This document shows positions 1 through 10,317 of a stretch of DNA of 64,000 bases, piece by piece. Each line of letters begins with the position of its first letter. The stretch's first letter is position 1. Below the pieces are notes generated by a model, which was given only the letters and a program-made list of their open reading frames with translations, ran no database searches and was not told the origin of the DNA. The stretch is from Squalus acanthias (Eukaryota). Where the stretch lies: contig CM059446.1 of assembly GCA_030390025.1 (NCBI GenBank), positions 51,336,001-51,400,000 on the forward strand. Reading direction: 5' to 3'. The position numbers were made by a program, and so were the translations under genes.

Positions 1-630
1 AGTGTCAAATACTGAGCTTGCAGTGGAACCAAAGGGCGATCGTGTTCCTTCAATAAAGATATACAATAGAGTTTTTTTTTAAGTGTGGTCACTGTGTAAA
101 ACCTTTTAGATGAATAAGATGCCTTTTGAAACTGCTCTGAAACATCTGTACTGTGAGAAAAGTCACAATGGGATCGCACATCTTTTCCATCTTTGATAAA
201 GCTGCACAAGCCGCCCTCTAGGCAGCAGACAGCCTGACGTTCCTGACAACAAAGGCCCTTTTCACTGGTCTACCTCCACTCTAATTCAAAGCCATCAAAT
301 TCGGAATCATCTGAAAAGAGGCATCAAGATACTGCAAATTCGCTCTCTCTCTCTGAACTCTGCTGTTTTCCTTAAAACTCTGGGGGGCCTAGATTCCTTA
401 ACCTAAAGACCCAAACTGGATGTGATTCCGGCGGCGCAAGGAATGGTGAGGCCTGGGGACCGAAGTACATTCGTCCTCATGTCTCCTTAGAATAAATCAG
501 ACGCCCCGATGCAGCTCGCCTGTCAGGACCTTATGAATTTTGGGGCCTTACGAATTTCGAGGCCTTACAAATTTCAGCCCGCGCCGAGGTCCAGAGCTAA
601 GTCTGGAGGCTAGAGACACTCGGGAAAAAG

Positions 631-876
631 AAAGACTTATATAGTGCCTTTCATGACCTCAGGACGTCCCAAAGTGAATTACAGCCAATGAAGTACTTTT
701 TTTGAAGTGTAGTTACTGTTATAATGTAGAAAACGTGGCAGTCAATTTGCGCACAGCAAGCTCCAACAAACAGCAATATGATAATGACCAGATAATCTGT
801 TTTATTGATGTTGGTTGAGGGATAAATATTGGCCAGGACAGTGGGGAGAACTCCCCTGCTCTTCTTCGAAATAGTG
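631..876 (-). mobile_element. DeuSINE (SacSINE1/AmnSINE1-like), 3' half
   Basis: Closely matches the full copy at 5468-5932 (aaagactt...ggacgtcccaaag...cagcaagctcc...cttcttcgaaatagtg). Confidence 0.85.
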
Positions 877-909
877 AAATAGGGAGTGGGGGGGGAGGGG
901 TGGAGAGCA

Positions 910-1310
910 AAGGCGAGCTGATAGTGACCCACAGTCGTTTTGTGGAGCCAGGAGGAGCACTACTGCGCCTTCCCACTCCACAAAATACTAAACATTTTCC
1001 AAGTTTTTTAGCCCTTTTCGAGCTGCCGCCAGCTGTCCCTTTAAGGACCGCTAGTTAGGCTGGTCAAATCCCGGAAATGCCAGTTGAAGTTTGAGCATCG
1101 CAAACAAATTTAGAAGTCCGAGTCTGAAATGAGCATGAGCCTCATTTCTATATTGAAATGAGGCCTGCACTCATTTCAGGCGGCTGCCAGGGCTGCCTAA
1201 TAAAAGGCCCCGACCAGTTTTGCAGTGGCCCGAAATCCCGGCCTTTGCTGGTTATTGTTTTGCCTGCTTTAGGCCCATAAAACGGGCACAGCGATGTTAA
1301 ATTGAGACCC
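910..1310. mobile_element. Multi-hairpin interspersed repeat relic (probable non-autonomous DNA element)
   Basis: Nested inverted repeats at 938-984 and 1124-1179; begins where the SINE above breaks off. Family not identified. Confidence 0.35.
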
Positions 1311-1354
1311 CACTGACTTTAATGTAAGTCAACAGCAACTGATATTTTTTTTGT

Positions 1355-1450
1355 CCTTATTTTCTCCTCCTCTAAAGGCACTGGTACTTGTTGGGTACCA
1401 ACAGTCTCCCAGCACCCCAGTGATGTGTCATGTGTGAGCCTAGACTGTAA
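1355..1450 (-). mobile_element. AmnSINE2-like tRNA SINE, 3' fragment
   Basis: ttttctcctcctctaaaggcactg...catgtgtgagcctagac matches the tail of the family represented at 49005-49390. Confidence 0.55.
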
Positions 1451-1691
1451 TGGGCTAAAAATGATCAGCCCCTTCCAGCACACTGCTGCCTTTGCGGGAG
1501 CTGTACTGCACACCTAACCATGCTGTGCCTAACATGGTATCAGAAGTGTTGCATTCCTATGTTATCACATCTTAACCTGATGAGCTGGAAGAGCTCACTC
1601 CCCCACATACAATTATTTTAATAGTCTTCAGCACTCTCAAAGAACAGTCCATGTAATGGTCCTGGATAGAAACATATTCCATTTAGAAATT

Positions 1692-2005
1692 AAGAACATA
1701 AGAAATAGAAACAGGAATAGGTCATACGGCCCCTCGAGCCTGATCCGCCATTCAATAAGGTCATGGCTGATCTTCGACCTCAACTCCACTTTCCTCCCCT
1801 ATCCCCATATCCCTTAATTCCCCATGAGTCCAAATATCTATCTCAGCCTTGAATATATTCAACGACTGAGCATCCACAGCACTTTGGGGCAGAGTATTCC
1901 AAAGATTCACAACCCTCTGAGTGAAGGAATTCCTCCTCATCTCAGTCTTAAATGGCCGACCCCTTATCCTGAGACTATGACCCCTAGTACTAGGCTCTCC
2001 AACCT
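1692..2005 (-). mobile_element. CR1 LINE 3' end
   Basis: Minus-strand ORF contains TRGHSLRIRGRPFKTEMRRNSFTQRVVNLWNTLP (CR1 ORF2 C-terminus), followed by a 3'UTR ending in a ttcttatgttctt tail. Confidence 0.9.
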
Positions 2006-2109
2006 GGGCTATGTGGCTAGACATATGCCGATGAGAGGAATGGAAAGGAAATATCTGCACTGAATATATTTTCCAATCACTATTCACTTAGTAGCAATAT
2101 TCCTCCATT

Positions 2110-2795
2110 TGGGTCTAGATTGGCTTTGATGGTAAGAGGGTGATAGGTTCATCGGGCGTGCGGGACAGGATGTGGATGGCAGAATTTTGGATGATTTGAG
2201 CCAGCAAAAATGGATGTTCAGTTAGAGGAAATTCTGACTGATCCACATCTTAAGTCAGGCAGTGTGGCAGCACACAGGCAGTTCTGAGTCCAGGGAAGTG
2301 GTGGAGAAGTATAGTTGGAAGTCATCATCATACATATGGAAGCTGACCTTCTTGCCTGCAGATGATGCCACTGAGGGCCAGTATGTAGATGGGAAAGAGG
2401 GACAGGCCAAGGTTAGATCCCTCTAGGGGGACTCCAGAGGTGAGCATGTGGGGACGGGAGGAGAATCCATTGCTGGAGATATATTGGCTGCATTGTTACA
2501 GTGAAGATTGGAACATTACAAGGGCACTTCCACAAGAGGTGAACCATAGAGGAGAGACAGTGGAGGAGGATGGCATTGTGGACCATGTCAAATGCCATGG
2601 AAAAGTAAAGTAGAACATGGAGGGACAACCTGCTATGGTTGCAGTTACAAAGAATGTAGGGGATTTTGGCCAGGATGGTGTTCGTGCTGTAGGCAGAGTG
2701 GAAACTAGACTGAAAGGATTCAAACTGGAGAGATCAGCATGAAGCTGAGGAGCAACACTTCAAGGACTTTAGAGAGGACTGGGAGGGTAGAGGTA
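2110..2795 (-). mobile_element. L2 LINE reverse transcriptase remnant
   Basis: Decayed RT motifs on the minus strand (LLYFSMAFDMVHNAILL ~ LLDLSAAFDTVDH; HMYDDD ~ YADD), with frameshifts. Confidence 0.75.
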
Positions 2796-2914
2796 CTTTT
2801 ACTCTGTTGGTAATTTCACTGCCCATTGATGTGATCCCTCAGTGTGTGGACATTAAAAGCAATAGCTCAGTGCAGTGCATTATCACACATCACTTTCCGG
2901 AATTATTTTAGAAA

Positions 2915-3078
2915 CAATGTACCCTCTAATTTTGTTTGGCCCTGCATGGCCCCTTTAAGGGGCCGCGTGGGCCATTCAAAATACTGCGCATGCGTGGTTT
3001 TCGTATTGAAAAGCCAGCAAGTCGGCTGCGTGGATTCCCTGGAGCACTGCGCGGCCATGCAGATTACAGGGAACATTG
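2915..3078. mobile_element. hAT-type MITE (164 bp)
   Basis: TIRs caatgtaccctctaat / attacagggaacattg; perfect 8-bp TSD TTTAGAAA at 2907-2914 and 3079-3086. Confidence 0.9.
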
Positions 3079-3293
3079 TTTAGAAACTTATCTAAATAAC
3101 TCTTGAAATGTCAAATGTTTTATTGAAGTATGTTTCAATTATGAGAAAGGCCTTGATTCTTGCCATGTGCTGGTTGAACTGTCCTTGTTAAAGAACAGTC
3201 ACAACTTCAGTGCGATGGTATAATATTCTCTCTTTTGTCATCACTAATGGTTTCTAACCTCAAGAACTTGCATCTTGTTTTATGCAATCCTTT

Positions 3294-3344
3294 ATTTATC
3301 CCTCAACCAACATCACTAAAACAGATTATCTGGTCATTATCACA
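3294..3344 (+). mobile_element. DeuSINE fragment, left part of a copy split by an RTE insertion
   Basis: atttatccctcaaccaacatcactaaaacagattatctggtcattatcaca; continues colinearly at 4573. Confidence 0.8.
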
Positions 3345-4570
3345 ACTGTTCCACCACAGACCCAATTCATGTACGGACCGGGGTCAAGCAAGGCTGTGTC
3401 ATCGCACCAACGCTCTTCTCGATCTTCCTTGCGGCAATGCTCCATCTCACCCTCAGTAAGCTCCCCGCTGGAGTGGAGCTAATTTACAGAACAAACGGGA
3501 AACTGTTCAACCTCCGTCGCCTCCAGTCCAGATCCAAGGTCGTCCCATCCTCTGTCGTCAAATTACGGTATGCAGACGGCGCTTGCGTCTGCACACACTC
3601 GGAGGTCGAACTCCAAACCATCGTTAACACCTTCACTGAAGCGTACAAGAGCATGGGCCTTACACTAAACATCCATAAGACAAAGGTCCTCTACCAACCT
3701 GCCCCCGCCACACAGTACTGCCCCCCGATTATCAAAATCCATGACAAGGCCTTGAACAACGTGGACCACTTTCCATACCTCGGGAGCCTACTGTCAACAA
3801 GAGCAGACGTCGATGACGAAGTCCAACACCACCTTCAGTGTGCCAGTGCAGCCTTCGGTCGCCTGAGGAAGAGAGTGTTTGAAGACCAGGACCTCAAACC
3901 CGGCACCAAGCTCATGGTCTACAGAGCAGTAGTAATACCCGCCCTCCTGTATGCCTCAGAGATATGGACCATGTACAGCAGGCACCTCAAAGCACTGGAG
4001 AGGTACCACCAACGCTACCTCCGCAAGATCCTGCAAATCCATTGGCAGGATAGGCGCACCAACGTCAGTGTTCTCGCTCAGGCCAACATCCCCAGCATCG
4101 AAGCTTTGACCACGCTCGATCAGCTCCGATGGATGGGTCACATCGTCTGCATGCCCGATACGAGACTCCCAAAACAAGCGCTCTACTAGGAGCTCCGACA
4201 TGGCAAGAAAGCCCCAGGTGAGCAGAGGAAACGCATCAAGGACACCCTCAAAGCTTTCCTTGAAAAAGTGCAACATCCCCACCGACACCTGGGAATCCCT
4301 GGCCCAAGACCGTACAAAGTGGAGGAGAAGCATCCGGGAAGGCGCCGAACACCTCGAGTCTCTTCGCCAGGAGCAAGCGGAAGCCAAGCGCAAACAACGG
4401 AAGGAGCACACGTCAACCCAAGCACCCCACCCACCCACCCCTTCAACCACCGTCTGCCCCACCTGTGACAGAGACTGTAGGTCCCGCATTGGACTCATCA
4501 GTCACCTGAGAACTCATTTTTAATGTGGAAGCAAGTCATCTTCGGTTCCGAGGGACTGCCTAAGAAGAGA
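3345..4570 (+). mobile_element. 5'-truncated RTE-clade LINE (RT C-terminal half plus C2H2-like zinc finger), inactivated
   Basis: In-frame GVKQGCVIAPTLF upstream of ORF 3437-4189; YADG (mutated YADD); FPYLGS; stop at 4187-4189 and a frameshift; terminal CPTCDRDCRSRIGLISHLRTH; short AAG-repeat tail at ~4562-4570. Confidence 0.92.
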
Positions 4571-4572
4571 AT

Positions 4573-4730
4573 ACATTGCTGCTTGTGGGAGCTTGCTGTG
4601 CGCAAATTGGCTGCCGTGTTTACTACATTACAACAGTGACTACACTTCAAAAAGTACTTAATTGGCTGTAAAGCACTTTGGGACGTCCGGTGGTCATGAA
4701 AGGCGCAAATAACTGCAAGTCTTTTTTTTT
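4573..4730 (+). mobile_element. DeuSINE 3' part (right part of the split copy)
   Basis: acattgctgcttgtgggagcttgctgtg...gggacgtccggtggtcatgaaaggcgc...gcaagtctttttttt tail. Confidence 0.85.
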
Positions 4731-4789
4731 CTTGTCTCTGTCGGTAGCAGTACTAGTCAGTATGGAAAGAAAACGTACACAATGGGAAG

Positions 4790-5105
4790 ATGAAAAATCC
4801 CATGTTTCCTCCATGGTCTATGCTGACTCCACAGGCTGGGGTGACAGGACCAGGACACTGCGATTAACCTCAGTCCCATTGGGCTAGCAAGGGGGTCCTG
4901 CTCCTATCCTCTACCCAGTAATCCCTGCTGGAAAGAGCATGGAGGTGAGCGTTGGTGACGAGGGCACTGAGTATGGCTGTGCTGTCTTGGATGACAAAGA
5001 ATGGCTGCTTGAGCCACTTGGTATTGGAAAGTGGCTGGACTGTGGAACTGTACTCGAACAAAAACAGCCCCTCTGCAGAGGAGGGGAGAAACTGGAAAAA
5101 AAACA
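4790..5105 (+). mobile_element. AmnSINE2-like SINE, decayed
   Basis: ccctgctggaaag core and gaggaggggagaaactgg tail shared with the other copies. Confidence 0.6.
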
Positions 5106-5467
5106 ACTGCCTAAAGTTTGAGATTTTTTGATAGGAAAGCACACGATTACAAATCTGCAAATCTGTTGGGAGTTCTGAAACAAAAACATTTTTTAAATAC
5201 TTTAACATTGATGTGTATAGTACACTTAAACTCTTGTTAATTGGGACTCTCTACTGTAAACAGCTGTTCCATTTATTAGATTCAGAGTGTCCTCAACAAT
5301 ACCCATTCACACTGGGAATCAAAACAATTTCCCCATAAAAAGATCTTTCGATTCAACAGAATGTCATCAGGATGAATGGGATGGAGAAAGCAGAAGTGTT
5401 TATTATTGTTAATTTTATTAATAATAATACAATTAAAAGTGAATTTTAGTGTGAGTCGAAAAGAGTG

Positions 5468-5932
5468 AAAGACTTGCATTTCTAGAGCGCCTTTCACGAA
5501 CACCGGACGTCCCAAAGCGCTTTACAGCCAATGAAGTACTTTTGGAGTGTAATCACTGTTGTAATGTAGGAAACGCGGCAGCCAATTTGCACACAGCAAG
5601 CTCCCACAAACAGCAATGTGATAATGACCAGATAATCTGTTTTTTGTTATGTTGATTGAGGGATAAATATTGGCCCCAGGACACCAGGGATAATTCCCCT
5701 GCTCTTCTTCGAAATAGTGCCATGGGATCTTTTATGTCCACCTGAGAGGGCAGACGGAGCCTTGGTTTAATGTCTTATCCAAAAGACGGCACCTCCAACA
5801 GTGCAGCACTCCCTCAGCTCTGCGCTGGAGTGTCAGCCTAGATTTTTGTGCTCAATCCGCTGGAGTAGGACTTGAACCCACAACCTTCTGACTCAGAGGT
5901 GAGAGTGCTACCCACTGAGCCACGGCTGACAC
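5468..5932 (-). mobile_element. Full-length DeuSINE (SacSINE1-like)
   Basis: Minus-strand tRNA-derived head with A box TGGCTCAGTGG and B box GGTTCAAGTCC, central Deu-like domain (gatcccatggcactatttcgaagaagagcagg), and L2-like tail ending gcaagtcttt. Confidence 0.9.
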
Positions 5933-6089
5933 TGTTCTTTTGCTTTGTGAAATCCCCTTTTTTTGTGACTTGCCGAAACTGTGATAGCAGCAAAGCGACT
6001 GCACCTCAAACTATCTGTCTGCTGTTTTTGGTCATCTTTATGGGTTTCATCTCTGTCCCTCCCAGTGTTCAGTCAGCACCCTTCCCCGC

Positions 6090-6123
6090 TGCAGTTCCCC
6101 AGCGCGCCCGGCAGATGGCGGAC
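6090..6123 (+). promoter_or_regulatory. CTCF binding site with upstream motif
   Basis: Core CGCCCGGCAGATGGCGGAC (6105-6123) fits CCRSYAGRKGGCRS; upstream TGCAGTTCC (6090-6098) lies at 6-bp spacing; set in a CpG-rich patch. Confidence 0.7.
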
Positions 6124-6824
6124 ACGAGCCGCGGCTCACCGCCGCGCAGTCACCAAGTGGAGGCCAGTCACAGCGGCAGCGGGAGGGAACAGAGCAAACA
6201 AGTGGCACACAGTAAGTTTGAAAGTTCAAGAAACATTTGTGTATTTTGCAAGTTGTGCATTGCAAGTTCACTGACTGATTTGTACCCACACTTGTAACCC
6301 TTCTAGGTTTATAGTTTCAAGTCTGTGGAGGAGGAGACTCGGAATAGAATTTACATGTTTTTAAAAAAGTTAATGCAAAAAAAAACTCTGCTACAGATCA
6401 TTTAAATGAAAAATGTAACGTTCGTAAAAGTTTGCATCGGGGTGTCCTGGTGGCTGAAGTTTGCGATTGTCAATATATATACACAGTAAATTCGGTTTTC
6501 TGTTAGTCAAGGTGAGAAAGTTTCCCGCATCCTCCTTTATTGGGGAATTCGGGATCCTTGCAATTTTAAAGAAATGTATTTTATACTAAAATTGAATTTT
6601 AAACGACAGAAACCCGTGACAATAATGTACATTGTGGGAACCAACCGCTTCATCGGTCTGAGACACTGGGGAAAATCAAAGGCTCATTTGGGCAAAGTCA
6701 GAAACGGTCCCAGACCTGAGGGATCGCTCGGGTCCGAATCCCTGCCACAATCGCCAATAACCCGCCTACAGACACATTCATCGGTTTTCGGTACTGGGCA
6801 TTGCAACTGGCTGCTAAAACCTCA

Positions 6825-6950
6825 ACCACCCACCAACTGGAACCAGTCCAGTAGAGTGACCGGTCCAGTAGATAGGCCAATCCAGAGTAATAACTGATAC
6901 AGTCCAGTACACGGACAGGTTCTCTGCTCCGACCAGCCCAGTAGAATGGT
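6825..6950. repeat. Degenerate short tandem repeat (ccagtccagtaga-like units)
   Basis: Recurrent (c/g)tccagta core at roughly 17-20 bp spacing. Confidence 0.45.
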
Positions 6951-7057
6951 CAGAGCTACCGCAGTTTGTGTATACCATATTGGCAACATTTCCGCCTAAA
7001 AAGAGATTGTAAAACATTTAGGACTGACAGAATCCAAATCAGAAACTCTTATCCTCA

Positions 7058-7465
7058 TGTCTGGGTCTCTGTGGCTAGTAGTATTCGTGTGAGTGCTCGT
7101 GTGTCCAGTGTATTAATACCTGTATCTAGTTTATGATAGGCGCATCTCTTGTGTCTGGTTGTATTGGTGTGTCTCTATAACCATGTCCCTGGCTAGTATG
7201 TGTGTGTGTATGTGTCTGCTTATGTCTGTGGGTCTGTTTCTCAGTATTAGTGTATGCGTGTGTGTGCCTGCCTGTGTTTCCATGCCTGTTCTGTCTGTGT
7301 GCCTAGTTTATTAGAATGTGTCCGTTTCTGTGTCTGATTGTTTAGTGTATTAGTGTGTCTGTCTAGTTTATGAGTATAGTTTCATTTCTGTGCCTCTTTC
7401 TCTAGTTGGTTAGTGTGTCTCTGATTGTATGCTCCCATGTTCCTATTAGTGAATGTCTGTGTGAG
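7058..7465. repeat. GT-rich low-complexity tract
   Basis: Degenerate (TG)n/tgtgtct/tagt mosaic. Confidence 0.75.
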
Positions 7466-7639
7466 AGATTTTGTTGCAGAAAGGGGTGAATGTATTTGTG
7501 TGAACTTTTCAAATTATTTAAATTGTTTCGAAAATCAACCGACCTATTTATAACTAAAAATGAATTTGCCGCTTTGTTTTTTTGTGTGGAGATTTTCGGT
7601 CATTCTGTTGTGAATCGCACCCAGATCAGTCAGTGTGAT

Positions 7640-8581
7640 ACGAAAACCGGCCGTGTGGTTTGCAGATGATATGAAAATTGGCCGTGTGGTTGTCAGTGAG
7701 GAAGAAAGCTGTAGACTGCAGGAAAATATCAATGGACTGGTCAGGTGGGCAGAAAAGTGATAAATGGAATTCAATCCGGAGAAGTGTGAGGTAATGCATT
7801 TGGGGAGGGCTAACAAGGCAAGGGAATACACAATAAATAGTAGGATACTGAGAAATGTAGATGAACAGAGGAACCTTGGAGTGCATGTCCACAGATCCCT
7901 GAAGGTAGCAGGACAGGTAGATAAGGTGGTGAAGAAGGCATACGGGTTACTTTCCTTTATTAGCCAAGGCATAGAATACAAGAGCAGGGAGGTTATACTA
8001 GAACTGTTTAAAACTCTAGTTAGGCCACAGCTGGAGTACTGTGTACAGTTCTGGTCACCACATTACAGGAAAGATGTGATTGCACTAGAGAGGGTACAAA
8101 GGAGATTTACGAGGATGTTGCCAGGGACGGAGAATTTTAGCTCTGAGGAAAGATTGGATAGGCTGGGGTTGTTTTCTTTGGAACAGAGGAGGCTGAGGGG
8201 AGATTTAATTGAGGTGTATAAAATTATGAGGGACCTGGATAGAGTGGATAGGAAGGACCTATTTCCCTAAGCAGAGAGGTCAATAAACAGGGGGCAGAGA
8301 TTTAAAGTAATTGGTAGAAGGATTAGAGGGGAGTTGAGCAGAATTTTTTTCACCCAGAGGGTGGTGGGGGTCTGGAACTCACTGCTTGAAAGGGTGGTAG
8401 AGGCAGAAATGCTCATCACATTTAAAAAGTACTTGGATATGCACTTGAAGCGCTGTAACCTGCAGGGCTACGGACCAAGAGCTGGAAAGTGGGATTAGGC
8501 TGGATAGCTCTTTTTCAGCCAGCACAGACACGATGGACCGAATGGCCTCCCTCTGTGCCGTAAATTTCTATGATTCTATGA
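7640..8581 (+). mobile_element. 5'-truncated CR1 LINE with 16-bp target-site duplication
   Basis: FADD motif at ~7659-7670; ORF2 C-terminus (MEFNPEKCEVMHLG...RPQLEYCVQFWSP...LEQRRLRGDLIEVYK); (ATTCTATG)-type tail; TSD GATCAGTCAGTGTGAT at 7624-7639 and 8589-8604; in-frame stops at 7758-7763 and 8268-8270. Confidence 0.95.
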
Positions 8582-10317
8582 TCAGTGTGATCAGTCAGTG
8601 TGATCAGACAGTCTGCCCATTTCCAGCGCAGTGACATATTTGCGAATATAAGTTCGCTTTATGATTGGCTTTAATACAGCGACTTTAAAACGAAGGAGCA
8701 GCTGCCCACCGGCACCAGAATGAACACCAGCAACCTCCTGCCGGCTCTGAGCGTTCCTAACAAGGTGTGCATTTTGCCAAATACCTGGCGAAGGGTAATA
8801 GCTGAGAGCCAAGTACAAGTGGGCGGCGCTTCAGCCTCTAGTTGTGTCGGTAAGGTGGCCGGGGATGCAGCTTAGTTTGAAAGGTGCAAATAATAATGTG
8901 GACTCACCTAACTTTACAAAATTGGACCTCAATTTTTGTGTCAGCTTAGACTCTGACATACAATACATAAAAACTATCCAGTTATAATAAAAGTTCAGTA
9001 CGGGGTGGGGGTGGGGGGGAGCATTCTAAGGGGATTCGGGGATGTAATGTTGGTTTCGGGCAGTTCCCTGTTTGACACCAATCATTAGCCACTCAACTGA
9101 CACACTCGAAACACTGTGTGAGGTACCCTTTAACTAACACTTCCCACTCCTGGGTCACATCGGGTGCAGATCAGCACCTTTCAATGGAGAGCGAGTTGGG
9201 GGTGTGGCTGGGGGGCAGGGAGTGGTGTCAGTGTACAGGGTGTGGTCTGTGCGGTAAACGGCGACACGGCCCTAAATATCCACTTAACAAAATTTAGATT
9301 ACACACAAACTATTTTTTTAAAATGCAAAAGACAGACCGATTCTTCCTGCATCAATCAGTAATCGGATGTGTCTGATTCTTGTCATCTGTCTTTCTATTA
9401 ATCCAGATATTTAACCTTCTCTCTTTCACTGTCCCTTTCACGTTCTCTCCCTCTCATTCTTTCACTCTATCGCTGCACAGATATTATGTATCATGCATTT
9501 ATAAGACAGAATGTGGGCGTTTTAATGTTTACAGAATCAAGTATAGTAGTGAATTTCCGCCCACATTCCGCCAAGACCATTTCATTGTGTTGGACGGGCG
9601 GAGTACGGTTCCAAAAGTTTGCGGAGTGTCAGTCGATCACAAGCAAACACAAAAAAAAATCAGGTTATTAGTTTTGAATCTGCCAGCTTAACCCCGAATC
9701 CTTTAGCCACTCTCTGGTGACACTTCCTGCAAACTGATATCTTTTTGCAATCATTTTCTTTCTTTCAAAATTGCTTCACTACATATCACGGGATTCAAAA
9801 ACGAACTAGATTTCTGATCTAAAACCCACAGGTAAAGGTAGTTACACCGGTAACAGGAGTTGGGCTGGTAATGTACTGGCCACACAAGACAGTGACAAAC
9901 TCGATGTGATGGGTTTTGTCAAATGAATGTGTAATTTTACCTACAACACAATAAATGTAAATCAGAACACAGTCCAGTCATTGTTAATAGCCTGAGGACT
10001 GTCAAATGCCTCACCACAGCTCGGGAGATGCGAGTGGGTTCCATTGGATTCCACTTTTAATACTTTAGAAGTTAATAGGAAATGGAAAATATCACATCTT
10101 AATGCAGCGGCTCTTTTTGCATTAAATGCCTAATAAAATACAAAACACTTTACCCACTATCTAAATATCAGTATTCTTTCTGCTGACGGGATCACTTTGA
10201 AGACAAATAAATGTTCCGTTTCGATGACTTGTTTACCAAAGGACCCGCCGCTGGTTGGTTGTCTGATTTGAAACTTATGAGGCCGTTTTCAGATCCTTCA
10301 GGCTGGAACTGTGTGTG

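Noticed and set aside
208-226. Reverse CTCF-like site (TGCCTAGAGGGCGG)
   Set aside because: Lacks the conserved CC at core positions 4-5.
526-576. 17-bp x3 tandem repeat (also a short duplication at ~12644-12678)
   Set aside because: Ordinary local slippage duplications with no further structure.
3437-4523. 250-aa and 107-aa ORFs as host genes
   Set aside because: They are pieces of one truncated RTE ORF with a mutated catalytic motif, a stop and a frameshift.
5860-5932. tRNA gene (A and B boxes present)
   Set aside because: It is the tRNA-derived head of a SINE, continuous with the Deu domain, with no complete cloverleaf or terminator. The same holds for the other SINE heads.
5872-6297. 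141-aa ORF over the CpG patch
   Set aside because: It starts inside a SINE with a non-ATG codon and has no recognisable domain; GC-richness explains the open frame.
7764-8270. 168-aa ORF as a host gene
   Set aside because: CR1 ORF2 fragment bounded by premature stops.
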